This document shows, in pieces, positions 52,195-58,137 of a DNA stretch of 58,137 nt. The notes beneath the pieces were generated by a model, which worked only from the letters and a program-made list of their open reading frames with translations, was not told the DNA's origin and did no database searches. A program made the translations under genes and the position numbers. Source of the stretch: a virus; the IMG/VR virus record IMGVR_UViG_3300045988_043439, positions 1 through 58,137 of that record; one strand, 5' to 3'. Each line of letters opens with the position of its first letter. The stretch's first letter is position 1.

Positions 52195-52752
52195 TTATTC
52201 CCAAAGTACAGATTTGGCTTTTATGTCAAATAAGTCTTGCGGATGGAATACAAGGCTCTTATCAAGCTCAACTATGCCAACGATGGAGAATTTGCCGGGA
52301 ACTTCTCGCTGGATTTTCGCCTTTGCTTCTTCTTTGCTGTTTGCAAACAAAACGAACGGAGTTTGGAAGTGTCTGCATTTTTCGTCATCATCGTACTGGA
52401 TTTTGACCCAATAAAAGTTTTCACCCCCTACTTCTTTCGGTGTTAAGTATTTTTTGACACTTGAAACATCGTAAGTGCAATACCCGATACACTGCGGGTT
52501 TCCGTATTTCTCCATAAAATTGTCGTTCCCAATACGAGTTGCCAAAACCATGTGAACGTCTTTCCAACCAACACGGTCATCATTGACCGGTTTATCGTCC
52601 ATAACAATATCATCAGGGTCTATCACTTTCTTGCCAATCGCCAAATTCCAATTATTTGCAATATAATGTGTCATCTGATACCAGTTGTCAAATGTTTTTA
52701 CTTCTTTCATGGCATCTTCCAAAGAACCACGATGAGGTCTATAAACAATCAT
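52195..52752 (-). CDS. Hypothetical protein
   Basis: 185-aa ORF; no motif recognised. Confidence 0.5.
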   Translation of the reverse strand: MIVYRPHRGSLEDAMKEVKTFDNWYQMTHYIANNWNLAIGKKVIDPDDIVMDDKPVNDDRVGWKDVHMVLATRIGNDNFMEKYGNPQCIGYCTYDVSSVKKYLTPKEVGGENFYWVKIQYDDDEKCRHFQTPFVLFANSKEEAKAKIQREVPGKFSIVGIVELDKSLVFHPQDLFDIKAKSVLWE

Positions 52753-52755
52753 ACG

Positions 52756-53328
52756 TCAATCCTCCAAGAAATCCTCCAATTCAATCTTTCCTTCTGCCGC
52801 CGCAACTGCCAAAGCGTACACGAACTGTCCAATCGTCATTCCGTGCCGTCTAGCTTCACGGTTGATGTACTTGCGTTCTTCCTCGCTCATAAGGATGGTA
52901 ATGCGCTTGGAACGCTTGCCATCACCGCTTGCAACACCCTGATGCGATTCCGGCATCGGGATTTTTTTCTTTGTCAAGCCAGCTTCGGCTAGCGCGCCGG
53001 GAACATCGCCTTGTTCGATAAGGCGCTGAACTTCTTTCGCCTGTTTCAGCTTCTTCGGCTTACTTTCGCTTACTACGGCATTGTTCGGCTGTGTTCCGCT
53101 GTCTTTGGCTTGCTTCGGCTTAATACTGCTTAACTGTGCTTCATTAGGCTGTGTAGGGCTGTCTGTGACTTCACTGTGCTTAATCTGTGCTTGTTCGGCT
53201 TCGTTCGGCTTTGCTTGGCTTACTTCTTCTTCCTTTGGCTCACTTCGGCTTAATGTCTGTTCCGAAAAAATAGGCTGAAAATCAAACCCGCCAAGCAGAC
53301 CTGAGGATTTTTTGCTGGTTGATTTCAT
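52756..53328 (-). CDS. Ribbon-helix-helix partition partner (ParG/CopG-like) with a repetitive low-complexity N-terminus
   Basis: C-terminus KRITILMSEEERKYINREARRHGMTIGQFVYALAVAAA fits RHH; ATGA-coupled to parA. Confidence 0.6.
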   Translation of the reverse strand: MKSTSKKSSGLLGGFDFQPIFSEQTLSRSEPKEEEVSQAKPNEAEQAQIKHSEVTDSPTQPNEAQLSSIKPKQAKDSGTQPNNAVVSESKPKKLKQAKEVQRLIEQGDVPGALAEAGLTKKKIPMPESHQGVASGDGKRSKRITILMSEEERKYINREARRHGMTIGQFVYALAVAAAEGKIELEDFLED

Positions 53329-54095
53329 CAGCCTTCACCTCCGACAATATGTTGCGCCAACGCCTTGAAATCCTCTGCGCTGGTGCTCTTTGCCGTGTCA
53401 CCGCTAAACAAGCTGTGCCGTTCTGCCTGAGCCTTACGGACGCCCATAGACGGTCTAATCTTCACGTCCAGCAGGGTTGTGCCCATGCTCTGCGCAATCA
53501 CAGGAAGCTGCTCCACAACCTCTTTGGACAGGTTCTCACGGCTCTTGTACTGGTTCAGAAGCAATCCTTCAATCTTCAAAGTCGGATTGAAATATCTGCG
53601 AACATCGCCGATGGTCTGCGAAAGCTGGCTCAAACCAGCCAGTGCGTATCGGTCTGCTGTGATGGGGACGATAATGCTGTTGGCGGCGATCAGTGCGTTC
53701 ACAAGCGCAAGGCCAAGCTGCGGGGGAGTGTCCAGCACAATGTAATCGTACTGACCAGACACGCTTTCAAGGGCTTCTCGCAGCCGGAAGTTTTTGCCCA
53801 TGTCCCTGACAAGCTGCTCGTCAATGTCCTTCAATGCGTTGTCGGACGGCAGAATGTCACCAGCTTCACAGTGCTGGATTCCTTCTTCGACCGTTCCCTG
53901 CCGGGTCATCACGTCAAACAGGGTGCATACGTCCTCTGTCTGTGCCCCGTAGGTGTCCGTTGCGTTGCACTGGGCATCGCAGTCCACCAGCAGGACTTTC
54001 TTGCCAAGCAACTGCAACGCACCAGCCAGACAGGTGCTTGTTGTGGTCTTTCCTGTGCCACCCTTTTGGTTGGCGACCGCTATGATTTTTGCCAT
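53328..54095 (-). CDS. parA: ParA/Soj-family partition ATPase
   Basis: MAKIIAVANQKGGTGKTTTS deviant Walker A; VLLVDCDAQCN; YDYIVLDTPP. Confidence 0.9.
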   Translation of the reverse strand: MAKIIAVANQKGGTGKTTTSTCLAGALQLLGKKVLLVDCDAQCNATDTYGAQTEDVCTLFDVMTRQGTVEEGIQHCEAGDILPSDNALKDIDEQLVRDMGKNFRLREALESVSGQYDYIVLDTPPQLGLALVNALIAANSIIVPITADRYALAGLSQLSQTIGDVRRYFNPTLKIEGLLLNQYKSRENLSKEVVEQLPVIAQSMGTTLLDVKIRPSMGVRKAQAERHSLFSGDTAKSTSAEDFKALAQHIVGGEG

Positions 54096-54112
54096 TTTAT
54101 CACTCTTTCTTT

Positions 54113-54394
54113 TTAGTAAAACGGATATGCTGCTTTTATCTCGTCTCCGACCCACAACACAGGCGTGACGTGCCATGCAATTACGGTTCCTTTGATCTCA
54201 TTGCTATCGGAATCAAACCATTTGCCGTTGATTGTATCGTACTCTCCGATTATGAAACTTTTTTCTCCTGTTTTCTTATCTTCGATACAAAGTAAAAGCC
54301 CATGTGGCCATCTTTCTAGGCTTTTATCCGGCATAACATCTTTAGTCATGTACCACTTGTCCTTGTCATAGCCTTTCGGAAACATCGGAATCAT
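54113..54394 (-). CDS. Hypothetical protein
   Basis: Start set at MIPMFPKG behind AAGGAG. Confidence 0.4.
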   Translation of the reverse strand: MIPMFPKGYDKDKWYMTKDVMPDKSLERWPHGLLLCIEDKKTGEKSFIIGEYDTINGKWFDSDSNEIKGTVIAWHVTPVLWVGDEIKAAYPFY

Positions 54395-54430
54395 ACTCTT
54401 TCTCCTTTCTTTATAATGCATTATATCTGA

Positions 54431-55528
54431 CTACTTTTGCAGTGCGTCAATCTCATAAAATGCCGGAAGATACTCTTCAATCGCGCCGTCTTTCTTCAAG
54501 CTACCAATCAGATACCGCTTCGGATGGTCAGGCCAGGGGTCACGGTTGATTGAAAGAATATCCGCACACGCAGCCTTTACGATGTCATAGACCGCATCTC
54601 TCCGCTTCGGCAGCTTGATAGATGGGTGTTCTTCCATCATCTTTACCTCGACAACCTTTGCAACCTCGATGCACTCTTGAACGGATAGAGCATCGCACAC
54701 AGACCAGTCGTACCCTTCGTATCCGCTTGTGCGGGGCTTTCTGGCGGCTTTTTTGATTTCCGGCTTGGAGGAATTAGCCGCCTCACAATCAACTTCGCTA
54801 GAATCGGCGTCTATGACGGGCTGCTTGGATTTGTACCCGAATCGAAACTCAACTGCTACTACCTTTCGCCCTGTGCAAATCTTTTCAAAGTCAACGACAA
54901 TGTCTGAAACATTGCTGATCTCTTCCACCGCTGGTTCAAGAACTCTGCGGCGTAAAGCCCGGAAATCGTCATAACTTGCATCGTTTGCCCCCAAGTGGTC
55001 ACGCAGCTGCTTCAAACCAATCTTGTTCGATGTTAGAGAGCGATTCATCCAATCTCGAATCATGCTGTACATCAGAATAGATGCTTGCTGTTTCATCCCA
55101 ATCGTATAGCGCAGACGGTATTTGACGTAGCCGCTTCTTGCAATGTCGAAAAACACAGGCCGCAAGTCAGGATTACAGTTGATTGAAACGTCATAGGACA
55201 AGGATTCTCGATTGTACTTGACCTCTGCCTTTGTGAACAGCGGATACATCACATATTCTGTTCCATCTGCATTCAGTGGTACTGAAACCACGTTGCCCAA
55301 AAAGTGCTTAACCTGCGACTTCAAGTTCTTTGAATTGAGCTTCAAATCCAGCAGTTTGCAATATTCAGCCAGCGTAAACGACACGTTAGAGCTTTCGGGA
55401 TCTCTCGGATTGATACGGCTCAGATAGACCTCAAGCAGCCGAAGCTCGCCTGCTGTGTAGTCCGTAAACTTCGCCCAAACCAATGCCTTGCTCTTTTCGA
55501 CAAGGTTGTTTCCTGTCAATTCTGGCAT
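54431..55528 (-). CDS. Plasmid replication initiator (RepB/Rep_3-like)
   Basis: N-terminus NLVEKSKALVWAKFTDYTAGELRLLEVYLSRINPRDP... is typical of iteron-type initiators; the iteron array lies immediately upstream. Confidence 0.7.
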   Translation of the reverse strand: MPELTGNNLVEKSKALVWAKFTDYTAGELRLLEVYLSRINPRDPESSNVSFTLAEYCKLLDLKLNSKNLKSQVKHFLGNVVSVPLNADGTEYVMYPLFTKAEVKYNRESLSYDVSINCNPDLRPVFFDIARSGYVKYRLRYTIGMKQQASILMYSMIRDWMNRSLTSNKIGLKQLRDHLGANDASYDDFRALRRRVLEPAVEEISNVSDIVVDFEKICTGRKVVAVEFRFGYKSKQPVIDADSSEVDCEAANSSKPEIKKAARKPRTSGYEGYDWSVCDALSVQECIEVAKVVEVKMMEEHPSIKLPKRRDAVYDIVKAACADILSINRDPWPDHPKRYLIGSLKKDGAIEEYLPAFYEIDALQK

Positions 55529-55561
55529 TGCATCACCTCATTTCTTCTACCCTATTATACC

Positions 55562-55790
55562 ACTGTATCGTGTACACGTCAACGATTCTGTACACAATTA
55601 TTTTTTCAACAATCGACTTCCACATTTTGTACACAATACTCCATTTTTTGTACACGATACTCTCCACTTCTTGTACACGTTATTCCACTTTATGTACACA
55701 ATGCTCCACTTTTTGTACACGTTCTTACTATATATATAAACAAGAGATAAACAAGAGATAAATAATCATCATCAAATAGTGACGACGATA
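55562..55790. repeat. Plasmid-type origin: 7 TGTACAC-core iterons (5 in 21-23-bp tandem phase) plus an AT-rich stretch with 2x AAACAAGAGATA
   Basis: TGTACAC at 55571, 55589, 55628, 55649, 55672, 55693, 55714; consensus CCAC(T)TTNTGTACAC(R)(W)T. Confidence 0.8.
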
Positions 55791-55894
55791 CATTTTCAAC
55801 AATTTCTTTTCTTCAACGGACAGATTGTTGAAAACGACAACTCTTTTTGCTGAATAAGAAACGTCCATCAAGCCCTATAACCTATCTGACGGTT

Positions 55895-56085
55895 CTATCG
55901 TGTACAGAAAATGGGGTGCAATCACACTAATAGGGAACGAATTGACAAGTCACGCTTTGATGAACGAAAATTTCACGCGAGTTCGTTAATTACATCTGCA
56001 AAAATCCACCATTTACGATTCTATGGGGGACAAAATGACAACCCAAAACCATATTTATAACAGGCCTATTGTGTACAAAAAGTGG
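55895..56085. repeat. Two inverted copies of the Rep iteron
   Basis: ctatcgtgtacagaaaatgg (55895-55914) and ctattgtgtacaaaaagtgg (56066-56085) are reverse complements of the iteron consensus. Confidence 0.55.
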
Positions 56086-56129
56086 AGCGCGTCCCCCTGT
56101 ATACCGTAAAAACTTCGATAACTCGACAA

Positions 56130-56723
56130 TCAACCGCTTATATTATTTGGATTAACGGTATAGGAATCATTGGACTTCATAGCAGCTTCCGTTCCAGCAT
56201 CCTGCGCCTGATAGAGAATCTCCATCTTTGGGGCGGTTCCATTCGGGTCTGGGTCAGTTCCGGTGGCCTGTGCCATCTCATAGCTACCAGACACCATCCG
56301 GCAAACAGAAACCCTGTCCTTTAACGGCGTGTGGAGGTTTGCCAGAATCTCCGTCAACACGCCGATGTGGTCTGAGCCGTGATCTCCGTACCGGATGTAT
56401 AACAAGGCATCTATCTCATAGGAGGAACACTCCATCATAGCATCTATGAGAATCCGCCGTTTCTCCAAATCGGAAAGGTCATCTTCCAGATGTTCCAGCA
56501 GTCCCGGATGAATGCAAGCGTCCATGTATCGAGCCACCGATACGCCGCAGCAGGTGAACCAGCGCATAGCCATCGGAAGGGAAATGGCTGCAAGACCTTG
56601 CTCCCAATTGGCGACCGTTCCACGATTCACACCCATTTTTGCCGCCAATTTCTGCTGGCTCAAGCCGGAACACATTCGAGCTATCTCTAATGCTTTGGCT
56701 GTTCTCACTAAATATTCATCCAT
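56130..56723 (-). CDS. XRE-family HTH regulator with a C-terminal domain
   Basis: LEIARMCSGLSQQKLAAKMGVNRGTVANWEQG. Confidence 0.65.
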   Translation of the reverse strand: MDEYLVRTAKALEIARMCSGLSQQKLAAKMGVNRGTVANWEQGLAAISLPMAMRWFTCCGVSVARYMDACIHPGLLEHLEDDLSDLEKRRILIDAMMECSSYEIDALLYIRYGDHGSDHIGVLTEILANLHTPLKDRVSVCRMVSGSYEMAQATGTDPDPNGTAPKMEILYQAQDAGTEAAMKSNDSYTVNPNNISG

Positions 56724-56864
56724 AAATTCTCACCCTTTCAACAAAATCCAGCAAAACTGCCGGATTCGACAAGCCAAAAAATGGAAAAAGCTGCTATGGA
56801 GAACCAACAGCAGCCTATGTTATAACTGTATTGTCAAAAAATTCCAAAGAGGAGTGGAACAAAA

Positions 56865-56975
56865 ATGAAAGAAACTGTAATCTGGAACCATGAACGTATG
56901 CCGATCATCGACGGAATGCCTGCCAGTGTTCCCGATGGGAAGCCGCACACACCTGAACCGTGGGAGGAAAGCTAA
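56865..56975 (+). CDS. 36-aa ORF (hand-called)
   Basis: RBS AAAGAGGAG; MKETVIWNHERMPIIDGMPASVPDGKPHTPEPWEES. Confidence 0.3.
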   Translation: MKETVIWNHERMPIIDGMPASVPDGKPHTPEPWEES

Positions 56976-57181
56976 TGAACCGAACCGTAGATGCTCTGAT
57001 TATCCCATACGCTCGCAGACGGACGCTGGAACTTGTCCTGAGCCTTTCTGGGTACGAGGCTGATAAAGATGCTTACCTCGAAGCAAAAGGCATCTTGGAA
57101 CGTGCCGTAGCCGCCTTAGATGATGGACGCGACCCGGCAGACAGCATCGAACGCATTGACGGACAGCTCGTAGAGCTGTGA
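56975..57181 (+). CDS. Hypothetical small protein
   Basis: TAATG overlap with the preceding ORF; 68 aa. Confidence 0.4.
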   Translation: MNRTVDALIIPYARRRTLELVLSLSGYEADKDAYLEAKGILERAVAALDDGRDPADSIERIDGQLVEL

Positions 57182-57298
57182 TTGGAGGAAAGATGGATAG
57201 GCGTTGTCCCTTTTGACTTGAACACTCGCGGCTTCCCTGACGTGAAGTAATGGATGTGAAGAAAACATTCGATTTTCATTAAGTTGTTAAAATGATAT

Positions 57299-57326
57299 TG
57301 ACTGTACAACAGAAAGATGTATAATC
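57299..57326 (+). promoter_or_regulatory. Sigma-70-type promoter
   Basis: TTGACT-16 nt-TATAAT. Confidence 0.5.
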
Positions 57327-57372
57327 GTATCAAATGAACATCCGCACTTACCGATCTGGAGGATATGCCACA

Positions 57373-57474
57373 ATGAGTGAACAGGAAAGAGCCAAGATTG
57401 ACCGATTTATTGCATGGCTACTGGAACATCCTGAAAAGATTCCGGCGGCAAAAGAAGCAATAACCAATGCATGA
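57373..57474 (+). CDS. 33-aa ORF (hand-called)
   Basis: MSEQERAKIDRFIAWLLEHPEKIPAAKEAITNA behind GGAGGA. Confidence 0.3.
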   Translation: MSEQERAKIDRFIAWLLEHPEKIPAAKEAITNA

Positions 57475-57475
57475 C

Positions 57476-57523
57476 AAAACCCCTTGCGCATAAGGCTACC
57501 GAAAGCCCGGCGCAAGGGGTTTT
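57476..57523. terminator. Bidirectional terminator
   Basis: aaaaccccttgcgc...gcgcaaggggtttt, a perfect 14-bp stem. Confidence 0.7.
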
Positions 57524-57535
57524 ATTTGTACCGGG

Positions 57536-58015
57536 TCAATCTTCACAGACCTTCATCAGTTTTAAGAACCGGCTAGAATCAGAGTTTACGGTTTCACTTC
57601 CGTGATGTCCATCTTCATACGTCACATAAAACGTGACGCTGGTTTTAGATTTTGCGGATGCTGCTCCGTAAACAGCACCGGGCAAACCGGCTACCGCACC
57701 ACCAACAGCGGAGCGAACTGCGGCACTTCCCGCTTTCTTGCTTTCTCCTGAACCAACAATCTTTGCAGACACAGGCGTTTCGTACATTTTTGTTTTGAGC
57801 TTTTCTCTTTCAAGAAACATATCATATCCGTGTTTGCCTTTTATCAACATCACAACTCCGATGGCTGCAACGATTAAAAAGGCAGTTGACGAATACACAA
57901 GGAAAATAAATGAAGCAACCAAGAAAAGCGCACCGAAGGCAAATGAAAACCTATCACCCATGTGAGAACTTTTGTCGTTCAGCAGTTCTTCTTTGCTAAA
58001 TTTCTTTTTGCCCAC
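57536..58015 (-). CDS. Membrane protein co-transcribed with the repressor (candidate exclusion/immunity factor)
   Basis: Two TM helices (FAFGALFLVASFIFLVY, FLIVAAIGVVMLI); lies directly downstream of the cI-like gene. Confidence 0.55.
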   Translation of the reverse strand: MGKKKFSKEELLNDKSSHMGDRFSFAFGALFLVASFIFLVYSSTAFLIVAAIGVVMLIKGKHGYDMFLEREKLKTKMYETPVSAKIVGSGESKKAGSAAVRSAVGGAVAGLPGAVYGAASAKSKTSVTFYVTYEDGHHGSETVNSDSSRFLKLMKVCED

Positions 58016-58024
58016 GCTATCACC

Positions 58025-58137
58025 TCACATAGTTCTGATAAGCTTCATCAAATCTTCACGCTTTTCTTTCGGCATCTCTACTAGCTTCTGCTCAATCCAT
58101 TTAATATCCGCGTCAACTTCGCTTTGCGGCTGCTGGG
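58025..58137 (-). CDS. 3' end of the cI-like repressor gene (same gene as 1-294; 58061-58137 duplicates 1-77)
   Basis: Reads ...VEMPKEKREDLMKLIRTM then stop (tca at 58025-58027 on the plus strand). Confidence 0.8.
   Translation of the reverse strand, partial: QQPQSEVDADIKWIEQKLVEMPKEKREDLMKLIRTM

Overview
The window is a complete, circularly closed replicon. Bases 1-77 repeat exactly at 58061-58137, so the unit length is about 58,060 bp, and a repressor gene reads across the junction. It looks like a temperate siphovirus-type phage that also carries a plasmid maintenance module, so it is probably a phage-plasmid of a Firmicutes/Clostridia-like host (inferred from gene content and RBS style only).

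Gene order:
- cI/cro-type switch plus an antirepressor
- early and recombination genes (ERF, SSB, C5-methyltransferase, RecU-like nuclease)
- a TerS-like gene
- a run of small Cys-rich proteins
- DnaD-like and DnaB replication genes
- a 1.9-kb ORF-free, repeat-dense region
- a leftward accessory operon
- an immI-like RHH/antirepressor module
- an AT-rich islet with a short serine recombinase and a GIY-YIG/HTH protein
- TerL interrupted by an intein
- a structured RNA region plus tRNA(CAT)
- portal-to-tail morphogenesis genes
- a diversity-generating retroelement (DGR) acting on the distal tail-fibre gene
- a lysis cassette
- a five-gene low-complexity/Cys-rich cargo block
- Rep with iterons, ParA and an RHH partner

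Most notable observations:
1. A textbook DGR (target, avd, TR, RT) in which every VR/TR mismatch lies at a TR adenine.
2. A C5-MTase whose AdoMet motif I sits at the C-terminus (apparent circular permutation).
3. A 178-codon ORF overprinted on the catalytic core of that MTase.
4. A class-3-type (WCT, no N-terminal nucleophile) LAGLIDADG intein in the TerL P-loop.
5. Several unexplained repeat arrays and candidate small or structured RNAs.

All functional calls come from motif recognition by eye, because no database search was possible. Hand-mapped small features may be off by 1-2 nt.
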